A stretch of 64,000 bases of DNA from positions 24,310-88,309 of the forward strand of contig CAVVPV010000007.1 of the NCBI GenBank assembly GCA_963750185.1, given 5' to 3'. The notes beneath the pieces are model-generated. The model made no database searches, was not told the DNA's origin, and saw nothing but the letters and a program-made list of their open reading frames with translations. The translations under genes and the position numbers were made by a program. Positions 32,093 to 42,803 of this stretch are shown here, piece after piece (position 1 is the first letter of the stretch; every line of letters begins with the position of its first letter). Source of the DNA: an uncultured Verrucomicrobiae bacterium (GTDB lineage Bacteria > Verrucomicrobiota > Verrucomicrobiia > Chthoniobacterales > JAFAMB01).

Positions 32093-32746
32093 GTGCAGCC
32101 TTTTTTTGTTTCGGAAGAAAAACTGTCAAAGCAAGCGTACCGGTACGATTCCCGGTACCGGATTGCCGCGTTGGCTGTGATTGGCGCCATAGCGCTCCAG
32201 ATGCCGCTAGGTTTTTTTATGCTTGTTGAGAATCTAGTCAGGTCAGAGCAGGAAACCCGAGAAGGTCTCGCAGTCCAGAAAAAGATACAACTCACTGAAA
32301 GTCTTGGCGCCTTCAAAGAGACCGAGTTGCAGATGGAGCAAATTAAAAGCTGGGAACCGATTTTGCGAGGCAGGATGCCAGTGAGCGCAGTCATTGGTGC
32401 TGTCGAACAAACGATACCACCTGGTGTTGTTCTCTCCAGAATGGCTGTGGAAGCGGCGGGCTACCACACGGTCCCACTCGGATCAGAGATATTCCGTGTC
32501 CCTGAGATATACACGATCACACTCAACGGCGTATTGAACGGAGATAACCTGCAGGAGTGGAAGGAATTCATTGGTCGACTCCTGCGAAGGCTTCCTCCGG
32601 GCAGCAGTGTGGTTTCCTGCGTTGCCGATTCTGGCAAGGATTCGAACAAGGTCCCAACGGCTTGCAGCGCCACGCTGCAGGCTCAAGCCAATGGCAATTA
32701 TTTTCCACTTGGAGTCAGCAAGATCGATGCGGAGGGAAATTTATGA
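32093..32746 (+). CDS. PilN-like bitopic protein
   Basis: TM, coiled coil, then VEQTIPPGVVLSRM...ITLNG. Confidence 0.65.
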   Translation: MQPFFVSEEKLSKQAYRYDSRYRIAALAVIGAIALQMPLGFFMLVENLVRSEQETREGLAVQKKIQLTESLGAFKETELQMEQIKSWEPILRGRMPVSAVIGAVEQTIPPGVVLSRMAVEAAGYHTVPLGSEIFRVPEIYTITLNGVLNGDNLQEWKEFIGRLLRRLPPGSSVVSCVADSGKDSNKVPTACSATLQAQANGNYFPLGVSKIDAEGNL

Positions 32747-33339
32747 CGAGAAGATCGAGTCCGGTTCTGAAGAGGGACCCGAGGAGCGCAGTTTTGCTGA
32801 CCCTGGTACTTGTCGGTATCGTCGTTTGTGAAGTGATCTCACTCAGTTGCTTTTCGACAAAGAATAGTGTGCTGCGGACTGCGAACGAGCGGCTAGAAGC
32901 TGCAAATCGGCAGATGGAACGGCACATCTCGGAATTGCGATCCAGTGCGGAAAAAATCGCTGCGACGTTTGCGCGGTTGAATGACGGGATCGTTCGAGTA
33001 TCTCGAAATGAAGGGCGGTTGCCTGTTCCCGGCCGGAATACAAAGGACGATCCTGACGTCGTTGACAACCGAATTGAAAAATCGATTCGGAACTATGGTT
33101 TCATCGTCAAGCCGGTTGACGGACCGCATCATGAAATGAGCGTCATGTTCGAGGCCGGTTCAAACAGCGTCGAGCTTCATCGTTTGCTACCATTTCTGGC
33201 AGAACAGGAAAATTCGAACGCCTTTCTCTTTCTCGAGAGAGTCGATCTTGCCAGGCCGGCTGGGGTCCCCGCTTTTTCGATGAATCCAACTGCACTTGAG
33301 ACCCGTCTTCTAATCCGCGTCTTATCCGGACCAAAGTAG
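32743..33339 (+). CDS. PilO/GspM-like bitopic protein
   Basis: ATGA overlap with previous gene; TM, coiled coil, HRLLPFLAEQEN...LERVDL. Confidence 0.6.
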   Translation: MTRRSSPVLKRDPRSAVLLTLVLVGIVVCEVISLSCFSTKNSVLRTANERLEAANRQMERHISELRSSAEKIAATFARLNDGIVRVSRNEGRLPVPGRNTKDDPDVVDNRIEKSIRNYGFIVKPVDGPHHEMSVMFEAGSNSVELHRLLPFLAEQENSNAFLFLERVDLARPAGVPAFSMNPTALETRLLIRVLSGPK

Positions 33340-33912
33340 ATGATTAGACTAATCGCTCTCACTTCGATTCTGGCTATATGGGCGAGTATCCTTCACGCCC
33401 AGGTCCAATTGCCGGATCTATATTCTTATCACTATACGATGACTCGGCGGGATCCGTTTATTTCCGCCGATGCTCCAAAGACAATCATTGATGAGCATCA
33501 GGAGCCGCGCGGAATCGTCAGCGGCGATATCGTTAGTCGATATTTGGAGAATATTGTTAAACTAATCAAGAATCAGCTCTATCTCGGCGGAATTTCAATT
33601 GGTGACACGCCGTTTGAAAGTATCGCTCTCATCAACGGTGTCGATTTCCATGTGGGAGATAAGGTCCCGTTGGATGCCGCTAGCAAGGATCTCCAGAGCA
33701 TCCAACAGTTGGCTGCGACATATGGGCTCCCATTGGTGACCGACCAGAAGGGGACGTTTGTTGTCGAAGTAGGCCGTGTATCGGAGAACGGCGTCGATCT
33801 GGTTCTCCCGGGCTTCAAAGCGGTGATCTACCATCTGCCCCTGCCGAATGACAGTGCGTCTGACGTGGTCCGGCTCGAGAAGAAAAAGAAAAAACCGCGA
33901 CCCAGCAATTAA
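33340..33912 (+). CDS. PilP/GspC-like exported protein
   Basis: Signal peptide, RRDPF motif, LGGI...ALING...VGD...VGRVSENGV; precedes the secretin. Confidence 0.6.
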   Translation: MIRLIALTSILAIWASILHAQVQLPDLYSYHYTMTRRDPFISADAPKTIIDEHQEPRGIVSGDIVSRYLENIVKLIKNQLYLGGISIGDTPFESIALINGVDFHVGDKVPLDAASKDLQSIQQLAATYGLPLVTDQKGTFVVEVGRVSENGVDLVLPGFKAVIYHLPLPNDSASDVVRLEKKKKKPRPSN

Positions 33913-33926
33913 TCTGAAGCTCGGTC

Positions 33927-35672
33927 ATGTTCAAAACGATTACAGGAGTGAGTCTTGTCATTTTCCTAGCGATCCTTGGCGCGCTGGGACAGGAGACTCC
34001 GCGTCAAACGCCGCAACTCATCGACGAACAAGCAACTCCGCCGGGATCCGCGGCAAATTCCCCAACTGCCTCGCCAGCACCTGGTTCTTCACCGACCACG
34101 ACAGATGACTTGGAGCGTGCGATCAAGCAACATGAGGAAGCGCAACAACCGCAGGAGCCGGAGGTTATCGATCCGGCCCGTCCGCGGACCCATCGGTACA
34201 CTGATCAGCCCGTTGGAAGTATCTTACGTGCGCTTGCTGAACAAGCCGGAATTAACTATGTCGAGCCTGGAATCCCCGAAACAGAGGTTACGTCGGTCGT
34301 GCTGACGAGTATGACGCCGCTCCAGGCTTTTGAGGCGGTCGCCCATGCGCACGGGTTCAAGATTCAAATCGACCGCGAAACCGGTGTCTACACGCTTGAA
34401 CGCTCAGACATCGCTTCCCCCAGCTATTACGAAGTCCGGCGCTATACGTTGAGCTATCAGGTCGCAGAAGATCTTCTCCAAGCTGTAGCCGGATATCTTG
34501 GGATTCAAATTAATTCGGCTGCCGACTCAAATCCGGCATACCCGAAACCGAGAAATACTGGAGGAGGTTCCGCCGCCTCTTCCGGTGCGCAGGATGTGAC
34601 ATCCGGAGCGCAATCACTTTACTCTGCTGGAACCGAACAGACTAATCCACGGTTCATCTCTGGTTTGCCGTTTGACGATCCACTCTCGACCGGCGGGTTT
34701 GGGAACGGGAAGGAGAATGCGGTGTGGATCGAACGCTCCACAAATTCTTTGATGGTCCGCGCGACGCCGCGCGAGCACGAAGGATTATTGGAACAAATCC
34801 GTTTCTGGGATCGCGAAGAGAATCAAATTCAAATTAACACCTATGTTATCGAGATCACCAAGAACGACGATCTTTTCGGCGGAGTCGATTGGAGCAACAC
34901 GCTTGGACAGAATGGAGCCACGTTCACCCTGACAGGAAATGTTGGTGCGACACCGGTTGGGATTACATCGGCCGGGTTTGGCGGCCCGTTTTTTAACAAT
35001 GGGCTCATTTTGAAGTTCCCCGACGTTGCAGCGACGATCAGGGCGCTCACGCAACGTGGAAAGCTGCGTTCGAATAACTCGCCGATTACATTCACGAAAA
35101 CGGCCGTGCCCGTTCAGATCAGAAGTGTGACGCAGCAGACGATCTTCTTGCAAACCGCGGCGACGGCGAATGTGCAAGCCACGACAACGCCATATACGTT
35201 CACGACCGGGCTGACGATTGATCTCGTCGGGCGGATTCTGAAGGGTGGTATCATCGATTTAAAGATTAACCCAGCTCTCTCGACTCAAACGGGACAATCA
35301 CCGGCTCAGCCCGGAACGAATGCAACAGTGCCGATAATCTCGACCAGGACGGCAACCGCAGACGTTCAAGTTAGAAGTGGTGACGCAGCCGTCATTGGAG
35401 GCATCACCCAGGATGTCGATAACTATACGGAAAATGGAGTGCCCGGGGTGAGAAAATTGCCAATCATCGGTTACCTTCTGAGTTCAAGACAGAAGATGAA
35501 GGACCGGACGAATCTCGTGATCATCGTTTGGCCGCGAATCATTAAAGGGACAATGGAGAGAAAAGTCCGGGTAGGTTCTGATGAAGGGGAGATGCTTAAT
35601 AATATGGCTGATTTGCCAGGTGAACCGCCACCGGTGCCATTTGGGCGGGATGGGAAAGAGGCTCACCAGTAG
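33927..35672 (+). CDS. Secretin (GspD/PilQ family)
   Basis: Signal peptide, STN-like N domain, TNSLMV, GVDWS, ISTRTATADVQVRSGDAAVIGG, GVPGVRKLPIIGYLL, NLVIIVWPRII. Confidence 0.93.
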   Translation: MFKTITGVSLVIFLAILGALGQETPRQTPQLIDEQATPPGSAANSPTASPAPGSSPTTTDDLERAIKQHEEAQQPQEPEVIDPARPRTHRYTDQPVGSILRALAEQAGINYVEPGIPETEVTSVVLTSMTPLQAFEAVAHAHGFKIQIDRETGVYTLERSDIASPSYYEVRRYTLSYQVAEDLLQAVAGYLGIQINSAADSNPAYPKPRNTGGGSAASSGAQDVTSGAQSLYSAGTEQTNPRFISGLPFDDPLSTGGFGNGKENAVWIERSTNSLMVRATPREHEGLLEQIRFWDREENQIQINTYVIEITKNDDLFGGVDWSNTLGQNGATFTLTGNVGATPVGITSAGFGGPFFNNGLILKFPDVAATIRALTQRGKLRSNNSPITFTKTAVPVQIRSVTQQTIFLQTAATANVQATTTPYTFTTGLTIDLVGRILKGGIIDLKINPALSTQTGQSPAQPGTNATVPIISTRTATADVQVRSGDAAVIGGITQDVDNYTENGVPGVRKLPIIGYLLSSRQKMKDRTNLVIIVWPRIIKGTMERKVRVGSDEGEMLNNMADLPGEPPPVPFGRDGKEAHQ

Positions 35673-35721
35673 GGGTAATGCCTATTATCTGAGTGCGTTG
35701 CGGCAACGAAAGGGGGTACAT

Positions 35722-36201
35722 ATGAAACGAGAGGAGATAGAGCAGAAGACCCGTCTAACTTGTTGGTCACACGCTGGATTTAGCCTGGTGGAAACGATCA
35801 TCAGCATCGCCCTCCTGGCATTTTCTGTCGCGGGCTCATTCGAACTTCTGCGACTATCCGATCTGCAGGCGAAACATACCTCGGTCGACAATAGGATCAC
35901 AGAGTTGCTTCGGGAATATAGCGACTACGTCCTGTACCTGGACTACAACCGATTGCCGAACGATGGGGAAAGTCTTGGGCAAGGATATCTTTATGAAGTG
36001 TACGACTCGGCGTCGAAAACCTCGAGAGGATTTTACCACTACCTTATCACCGTGAATGTCCAGACATACAATTCAGGGACAACCGGAGAGTACAAAAATA
36101 TTACAGTTAGCATGAACTGTCAGGCGGATGAGCACGCATACTCTGATCAGCTTGTTACCCAAACAATCGTGAGTGATGCCATTACGCGTTCAAAATCCTA
36201 A
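35722..36201 (+). CDS. Minor pilin (PilV/GspI-like)
   Basis: AG/FSLVETIISIALL class III signal. Confidence 0.85.
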   Translation: MKREEIEQKTRLTCWSHAGFSLVETIISIALLAFSVAGSFELLRLSDLQAKHTSVDNRITELLREYSDYVLYLDYNRLPNDGESLGQGYLYEVYDSASKTSRGFYHYLITVNVQTYNSGTTGEYKNITVSMNCQADEHAYSDQLVTQTIVSDAITRSKS

Positions 36202-36739
36202 GTCAAAATCGAGAACCGAAGGTTTCAGCCTGCTTGAGGTTCTGGTCGCACTGTCAGTTCTTGCGGTCGCGTTATTCGCGGTTGGACAGACAATCACGCT
36301 TGTGTTGCTTCGGACGACAGCCGCTATGGAGACAGCGCGCCAGGAAGATCAGGGTGCGCGCTTTGTGGCGAGCATAACTCTGGCGACAAAAACTGCGACC
36401 GAGTGGGGCATTTATTCGAATCAGGTTGCCTACAACAAAGGGTCGAACGCGAATTTGGCAGCGGCCGGAAATATTCTTGAATGCAAGTCCGCTACTGAGT
36501 CGGGGACCGGCATAGATTATCTGTTTGTTTACGATCCGGCGGCCCGGACTTTGAAGAGATACGAAAACGGTCTGAATACGGATCGGATGACTTTGAAAAA
36601 CGTCTCTCCTGTGCCCGCGGAGACGGACGGGCAGATTTTTGACCAGGATCAGGGCCTTGTTCAAGGACATTGGCAATTGTCGGTTCGTGGCCGGTTATTG
36701 ACCTTTGCGGCTTACGGTACGCCGCTACACATGCGGTAG
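36173..36739 (+). CDS. Minor pilin (PilW/GspJ-like)
   Basis: EG/FSLLEVLVALSVL class III signal. Confidence 0.85.
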   Translation: MMPLRVQNPKSKSRTEGFSLLEVLVALSVLAVALFAVGQTITLVLLRTTAAMETARQEDQGARFVASITLATKTATEWGIYSNQVAYNKGSNANLAAAGNILECKSATESGTGIDYLFVYDPAARTLKRYENGLNTDRMTLKNVSPVPAETDGQIFDQDQGLVQGHWQLSVRGRLLTFAAYGTPLHMR

Positions 36740-36760
36740 CTTAAGCCTGGAGGAGCGCAT

Positions 36761-38035
36761 ATGGACAACAATCGCAAGCGACGGCAGCAACGCGGATATG
36801 CCCTGGTGGCCTGCCTGGGTGTCGTCGCGATAACGGCTATTCTCGTCCTGATGATTTTTTCGTTCACGGAGGCGACTCAAGAAGCAGCGACGAAGCGGCA
36901 GTATCAGGACCGTGGAGAAGAACAAATTGAAGCGGAATTATCCGCGCTTCATAGCGCTATCGAGGCGAATTTTCGGGCAAATGCGCAAGTTGAGATCAGC
37001 GGGCTTTCTTCGAATTCCGGTCAATCCACTGGAGACCTCAAAGATGGCATGTACAACGTCGCCATAGCGGCCAGGGGGAGCCAGTCTGTTATAGAGGCAA
37101 CCGAGACGCACTACAGCCCAAGTCAGTTGAGCGATGGTGACGATCCATTTCGGGGTGCAACTGCATCTACGATTGAAATTGACGTGACCGGTACAGCGAA
37201 CCGCCTCGGCGTGACGAAGCCCAATGGTGATAATGACTATCTTTCGCTTAGCGCGCACCCTGTCTTATCGATCCGGCAAATACCGTTATCCGAGTTCTCT
37301 GTCTATTCCGGCGGCGGCGATATCGCCTTGAACGCGACGGCGACACCGAATATCGGGCGGATTTACATTAACGGGAACCTCAATATCAGCGGCGGGATTG
37401 CGAACTCTTCGTACCCAGTGACAACATTTGGTGATGTTATTCTCGGCGGAGGCGCCGGACTCGAAGCGCGGTCGAGTCCTAAGGCGGCTCCGATCGCGCT
37501 CCCGGTGACAACCACTGCCGACGATAAATGGCCCTCGTTGGCTAAATCGACCCAGGAATCTACCGTGCTGACAGGTCGCGATTTACCGATGTCCATGGTT
37601 CAAGCGACGTCAAAGGACGAGCTGACAGCGCCTCCTTTGCCTCCCAACACGGATCAGCAAAAGGACCGCCTCCGACTTTGGCGTCAATGCTCGCGCGTGA
37701 TTTCCGAGAATGCCGGAAAAATCACTGTCACCGGAGGAGCGTCAAACGAGGAAGAGAATTACAAGGTAGCGCGGACGCAAATCTACAATGCGTGGGGTCC
37801 GCCCATCATCGTTTTCGATGCGGCAAAGATTGCGCCAGGCGCAGGGAAAACCAGTTTTTACATCGGATCAACGAGTTCAACGGCGGCAGTGTATGTGATC
37901 AACGCGGGCACACTGACCGGTGACCTAACAATTGTCACGCCCCATCCAATCCTTATCAGGGGCGGATTTAATGCGCAGGGTACACTGCACGCAGCGAGCC
38001 TGATTACGGCCCAGGGAGTATTTGCAGTTCCATGA
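36761..38035 (+). CDS. PilX/GspK-like large minor pilin
   Basis: QRG/YALVACLGVV (no E5, typical of PilX/GspK); GRIYINGNL beta-rich C-domain. Confidence 0.75.
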   Translation: MDNNRKRRQQRGYALVACLGVVAITAILVLMIFSFTEATQEAATKRQYQDRGEEQIEAELSALHSAIEANFRANAQVEISGLSSNSGQSTGDLKDGMYNVAIAARGSQSVIEATETHYSPSQLSDGDDPFRGATASTIEIDVTGTANRLGVTKPNGDNDYLSLSAHPVLSIRQIPLSEFSVYSGGGDIALNATATPNIGRIYINGNLNISGGIANSSYPVTTFGDVILGGGAGLEARSSPKAAPIALPVTTTADDKWPSLAKSTQESTVLTGRDLPMSMVQATSKDELTAPPLPPNTDQQKDRLRLWRQCSRVISENAGKITVTGGASNEEENYKVARTQIYNAWGPPIIVFDAAKIAPGAGKTSFYIGSTSSTAAVYVINAGTLTGDLTIVTPHPILIRGGFNAQGTLHAASLITAQGVFAVP

Positions 38036-38054
38036 ACGGGCGGGAACAGGATTT

Positions 38055-40250
38055 ATGTCAGCGCTTACCGCGATGAGTGAACCGTGGAGTCTGGACGTGG
38101 CGGAACAGCCTTTGCAGGTTCTCCTGAATTCGGTTGTGATTGAGCCATTCAGACTGAACGGGCCTAATCACGAGAGCACTAGTGGGTTCCTCAAGTACCT
38201 CGACGAACTCGATCAGGATTCCAACCTGCTTTCAGCCTGGCAGCACCCATCGTTTTACGAATGGGCTATCCTCCGGTTCCGCAGAGATCGATCCGAATTC
38301 TTTGGGACACCCAACGAGCTGTTCGCTGCTCTCTTTCGGTCTAATAGGGAGGGACCGCATGTAGCGGTCGATATCAGCAACTATACGCCGGTATCCGGCG
38401 AAAGGATCAATATGCCGGCCGTCCGCATCCCGCTGGTTCCGATTGCGTACCGGTTCTCACATGGCCAGAAGACTGCGGACGAGGTGACGGTGGCGAGCTG
38501 GATACCTGGGCTGGCACACGCGATCAGAGGAGTTCATTGGTCGGTTTTGAATCGATTTTTTGGAGCCAGGAAAGTTCATTGCGTCTGGTGCGATCCCGAA
38601 GCGATCCGTGCGTTCCTGGCTCGGAATGCGGATCGCATCGTGATCACACCGAGGTTGCCGGAGAACGACGTCGTGCCTCGAAAAGAGTATCTCAACGGTC
38701 AGGGGAGACCCTGGATCGATCTGAACGATTTCGCGTTTCCGGAGGAGCTGTTGAAGCGGTTGACTGTGACGCTGTTCAAAGCGATCCCGGTCTATTGGTC
38801 GGAGTGGATGGCGACGCTGGCGGTAAGTGAGAAGCTTTCGCCAGATGATCACAACTATCTTTCCCAACTTTATCAGCATCGTGTCACGTTCGGGGAAGTC
38901 GACGCAGAGCCGCGCCATCTGGAAAAATGGCTGGCACACGCCGCCAATAGCAAAATCAATATTCCCGGACTCGCCGATCGGCTCAAGCCAGTCAGCGACA
39001 GCTCGAGTATCCATGTCAAAAAAGTCGAACAGGTCGATCTCGAGAAACTCAACCGGCAGATCGCCCAGGGCAAAATCTCCACGGAGGATGTTGTTCATTT
39101 GATCCTCACTCGCGGAATTGATCTCGACGTTTCCGATATTAAACTCCGATCCGAAGACCTTAGCGGGCTGTATGTTCACTACAAAACCAACGGTTACTGG
39201 ATGAAACCGCTCCGTCTTCAGTGGGAAGCGGCAAACCTGATTATCTCCGTCCTGAAAGACAAAGCCGGTTTGCGCACTGAACGGATCGACATTCCGCAGG
39301 ATGGTCAGTTCCAGATCGGTCACAATCAACGAACCTATTTGTTTCGGATCCACACCTCCTATCATGTGACCGGTGAACAGGTAATCCTGCGCATGAAGCG
39401 TGACGCGACGTCGATCCGATCGCTTGCGTCGCTCGGACTGCCGGAGAGATACGTTGAAAAGATTCATCAAATTCTGCATGGCCGAACCGGGCTGATTGTT
39501 TTTTCCGGACCGACCGGGTGCGGCAAATCAACAACGATCTACAGCATCCTCAACGAGTTCGATCCGCTTCAGCACAACATCCAGACGGCAGAGTCGCCGA
39601 TCGAAGTTGTGATCCCGCACGTGAACCAGGTGGAGATCAGCGATTTTGGTCGCAACACCTTTTTGAACTGGGTTCGGGGCATTGTTCGGGAGGCTCCTGA
39701 TATTCTGATGATGGGTGAGATCCGCGATTTTGAGACGGCAGACGCTTTGTTGCGCGTGGTGAACACTGGACATCGGGTCATTACGACGCTTCATGCCAAT
39801 TCGGCTGCAATGGTTCCGATCCGTTTTTTGCAGCTTGGCGTGCAACCCTACCTCCTTGCATCAACGCTTCGGATGGCCCTTTCGCAGTGTCTTGTCAAAA
39901 TGGTCTGCACGCATTGTGATGAGGAGGTGCCGATCCCGAGTGCACAGAAACTTCGAAAAATGAGAATCGATGCTGACTGGTTGGGCGGCGCTGAATCATT
40001 CAAAGTCGGGCGGGGATGCAGTCACTGCAACGGGACCGGCTTTGAGGGCCGGAAGGCGCTGTACGAAGCGTTGATCGTAGACGAAGAAATCGCGCACGAG
40101 CTCCACGGCCAGCCAACGCCTGAGCGGTTGCGTCGATTGATGCTCGAGCGAGGAGAGGCGACTTTACTGGAGAAAGCGGTTCGAGAAGCTGCGCGCGGGA
40201 CGATCAGCCTGGAGGAAGCAACACAACTGGCGCTCGAACTGGCGGAGTAA
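38055..40250 (+). CDS. GspE/PilB assembly ATPase
   Basis: SDIKL, PQDGQF, Walker A GPTGCGKST, ILMMGEIRD, TGHRVITTLH, CxxC...CxxC zinc motif. Confidence 0.95.
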   Translation: MSALTAMSEPWSLDVAEQPLQVLLNSVVIEPFRLNGPNHESTSGFLKYLDELDQDSNLLSAWQHPSFYEWAILRFRRDRSEFFGTPNELFAALFRSNREGPHVAVDISNYTPVSGERINMPAVRIPLVPIAYRFSHGQKTADEVTVASWIPGLAHAIRGVHWSVLNRFFGARKVHCVWCDPEAIRAFLARNADRIVITPRLPENDVVPRKEYLNGQGRPWIDLNDFAFPEELLKRLTVTLFKAIPVYWSEWMATLAVSEKLSPDDHNYLSQLYQHRVTFGEVDAEPRHLEKWLAHAANSKINIPGLADRLKPVSDSSSIHVKKVEQVDLEKLNRQIAQGKISTEDVVHLILTRGIDLDVSDIKLRSEDLSGLYVHYKTNGYWMKPLRLQWEAANLIISVLKDKAGLRTERIDIPQDGQFQIGHNQRTYLFRIHTSYHVTGEQVILRMKRDATSIRSLASLGLPERYVEKIHQILHGRTGLIVFSGPTGCGKSTTIYSILNEFDPLQHNIQTAESPIEVVIPHVNQVEISDFGRNTFLNWVRGIVREAPDILMMGEIRDFETADALLRVVNTGHRVITTLHANSAAMVPIRFLQLGVQPYLLASTLRMALSQCLVKMVCTHCDEEVPIPSAQKLRKMRIDADWLGGAESFKVGRGCSHCNGTGFEGRKALYEALIVDEEIAHELHGQPTPERLRRLMLERGEATLLEKAVREAARGTISLEEATQLALELAE

Positions 40251-40252
40251 TG
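39882..40252 (+). repeat. Copy 1 of a 371-bp direct repeat (3' end of the ATPase gene)
   Basis: Matches 43007-43377 with 5 mismatches by eye. Confidence 0.95.
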
Positions 40253-40774
40253 GGTGACCAAGGGCGCTGCAACTGTTTGAGTCTGCTCGCGGCGATGATA
40301 GTCCTCTAAAAGAAAACATTGAAACAGACAATCTTTGTTTCCAGCTTCCGGTTAGCCGGCGCGATGGCGTCCTAACTGCCGAGCTAGCTTTCCGCCACAT
40401 TGACCAGTCTCGGCAGTATAGTAATCGGATCGTCCAAGGGCCCATCAAAATACTGAACAGCACCTTGAGTCCCGGCGTGTTGAAAAGATGTGCTGTTGAT
40501 GTTTACTTTTTTTACCACCACCGGCGTTGCACGCTTAGGTTCCGGGATCTCGGTTCTCTTAGAGTGCGACGGTCTCGGCATCAATTCGGGGGAATGGCTG
40601 GATCGCCCTGGCTCGCGTCAAAAACACGTCGGGGCGCAAAACTCATAAGCTTGCATTTTTGCGGAAATGCATCAGGTGGTTGCTCTTTTTGGCAACTTCC
40701 TCTATGGGTTTGGATGCTTTTGACGATATGTGCCCCTCACGAATCGTGAACGACTCACGCACGGCGGAACGCTC

Positions 40775-41587
40775 ATGAGTAGCCCGATAAAATATCAGAA
40801 TCCACCTGTGGCGGAAGTCGCATTCTCGGCCTCATTTCAAACGGCAAAAACGATGTCCGCAGCGTTTATAGGCATTTTTTGGTTGCAGATACGGGACGAC
40901 TTCCCGAAACTAACCGAGAATTCGCCTCTACCGATTATAACCGAGTCTCCAAAGGACTCCGTTGCGGCTGAGACGCTGCAGATGCAGGTCCAAATGCTAA
41001 ATTTGCCTGATTTGCGGAGAAGTATCTTAACGAGTCATGATGGAAGGCGCATGATTCAGATTCAGCAAAACAAGTTCATATTAAATTGGAAGCGGGGCCA
41101 AAGTAGCACATACTCTGATTTTGAAACCGCACTAGCCGCATTCGATTCAATGCTCGAACGATTGAGTAAGGCCCTAGTGGCGGAAGAATTCGGCGAAATC
41201 ATTTATAACCAGTATGAGTTACAGTATGTTAATTTAATTGGACCGGACAATGGTCTTGCCCTTGTTGGCGAGGGAGGTGTACTCGTGGATCATACTAGGC
41301 AATCTTCGGGTGAGCGCTTTTTGCCGGAACCAACCGCGTTCAATTGGACGTCGTCGTATCAACTCCCGAATGGAATGGGCCGCTTACATATAGGTGCTCA
41401 AGCCGTCCTTGTGCCACCGGAGAACCAACGCCACGTTCGTCTTGACGTACTGGCGAGGGGGTTCCCCCATAATGGTGAAAGCGTTAGCAAAGAACAATGG
41501 TTTCAACTTGCTCACGAGTGGATTGTGAAAGGATTCACGGATTCTACGTCCTCGGTTCTCCACGCTCAAGCCTGGAAGCGACTATGA
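40775..41587 (+). CDS. TIGR04255-family protein
   Basis: YQNPPVAEVAFSASF, MIQIQQNKFILNW, ELQYVNLI, WFQLAHEWIVKGF. Confidence 0.8.
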   Translation: MSSPIKYQNPPVAEVAFSASFQTAKTMSAAFIGIFWLQIRDDFPKLTENSPLPIITESPKDSVAAETLQMQVQMLNLPDLRRSILTSHDGRRMIQIQQNKFILNWKRGQSSTYSDFETALAAFDSMLERLSKALVAEEFGEIIYNQYELQYVNLIGPDNGLALVGEGGVLVDHTRQSSGERFLPEPTAFNWTSSYQLPNGMGRLHIGAQAVLVPPENQRHVRLDVLARGFPHNGESVSKEQWFQLAHEWIVKGFTDSTSSVLHAQAWKRL

Positions 41588-42450
41588 AGTTGATTAGGAA
41601 AGACATTTCCTTGAGTGGTAGTGATTGGCAAGATGCTGACACTCGCCACGAGGTAGAGCACTTCTACGGTGGGAGTTGCAAAATTAGCACAATGGTAAAC
41701 CTGCGGGTGTCTAGTCCGCCGATTAGTGATGCATTTGGGGAGCCACTACGTTTCGAGACGGGGCCTCCTCCCGCAATCAAAACGGCGATTTCCGCCGATG
41801 CTTCGATTACTCTCACGCCAATTACTAGTCTCAATGTTTCCGGTTGGCAACCCCCTGGGTCGCGGGTATATCAAAGCGAGTCACTGCCGTTCGCTAAACG
41901 GGCTGAGCTATTTGAAGCGCTAAGCAAAATAAACGCTTATTTTTCAGACATCGAACGTAGTGCGGATATTTCTTTAGTTTTATGGCTTGAACCCATGGAA
42001 CAGCGCCGCTTGTTTCAAGTGAAATATACACCGCTGCCAGTTGTAGGCGAGACTTGGACGATCGGACTGGATAGCCAAACTATGGTGGTATCCAACCCGG
42101 AAGCCCGTTTGAAATGGGAGGTACTTGACAGGGACCCATTTCTGTTGTCCGAAACTGTCAAGGAGGCCCAAACGAAAGCGCAATCAGGCGAGTTCGCAGC
42201 CGCGTATAAGTTGATCTTTCGTTGTTTGGACCGGGCCATGAAGGCAGGGGCTCTTGACGATATTGATTCTGTGCTTTCAAACATCAGCGCCGAAGATATG
42301 ACCTTGGAAATATTGATCGCTCTATTAACAGCGACGTTACCGGTCAGAACGCGGCTACCCGCTCGCAAGGCGTTTTTTCTAGCGACTGAGAAAGTGGCCA
42401 AAGATCGCAATCGGTGGAGTAAATCTTTGCTTTCCGGTCTAGAGGGTTGA
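41584..42450 (+). CDS. Hypothetical protein, translationally coupled
   Basis: ATGA overlap with the TIGR04255 gene; helical C-domain LIALLTATLP...LLSGLE. Confidence 0.7.
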   Translation: MKLIRKDISLSGSDWQDADTRHEVEHFYGGSCKISTMVNLRVSSPPISDAFGEPLRFETGPPPAIKTAISADASITLTPITSLNVSGWQPPGSRVYQSESLPFAKRAELFEALSKINAYFSDIERSADISLVLWLEPMEQRRLFQVKYTPLPVVGETWTIGLDSQTMVVSNPEARLKWEVLDRDPFLLSETVKEAQTKAQSGEFAAAYKLIFRCLDRAMKAGALDDIDSVLSNISAEDMTLEILIALLTATLPVRTRLPARKAFFLATEKVAKDRNRWSKSLLSGLEG

Positions 42451-42803
42451 TGCCAATGTGCGCGTTGCTGAGACGTGTGCCGGATTCAAAGTGCGCGGAA
42501 ATTGAGGTAGCCGCAGTTACAATTAAAACGATTAACGATGGCCAAAGGCACATCGGCATAGCGTTTCGCGAGGACGAAGAATGTTGCAAACTGTTGCATT
42601 TGGCATGGCACTACAAGATGCGCCTGGATAACGTAGATGCGACTTTCTATTGGGTTGAGCACAAGATAGATCAACTTAGGCTGTACGGCGTTTTGGCATT
42701 TTGCGACCTTATCATTCAAGCGAATCCCGCGGGCATACCGTATGCCTTCGATTCTCCCAATGATTGCTTCGAAATTTTGCAGCAGTTGACAAGAGGCGAA
42801 TGA
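42450..42803 (+). CDS. Hypothetical protein, possibly a C-terminally truncated permuted papain-like enzyme
   Basis: TGATG coupling; QRHIGI...LHLAWH...IPYAF, stop soon after. Confidence 0.5.
   Translation: MPMCALLRRVPDSKCAEIEVAAVTIKTINDGQRHIGIAFREDEECCKLLHLAWHYKMRLDNVDATFYWVEHKIDQLRLYGVLAFCDLIIQANPAGIPYAFDSPNDCFEILQQLTRGE

Noticed and set aside
38457..39479. 340-aa minus-strand ORF
   Set aside because: Antisense shadow of the GspE ATPase with no motifs
26608..40250. Complete conjugative T4SS or ICE
   Set aside because: No VirB4, coupling protein, relaxase or integrase seen in the window
40253..40749. Open frame between the ATPase and the TIGR04255 gene
   Set aside because: No credible start or recognisable motif; at most a gene fragment
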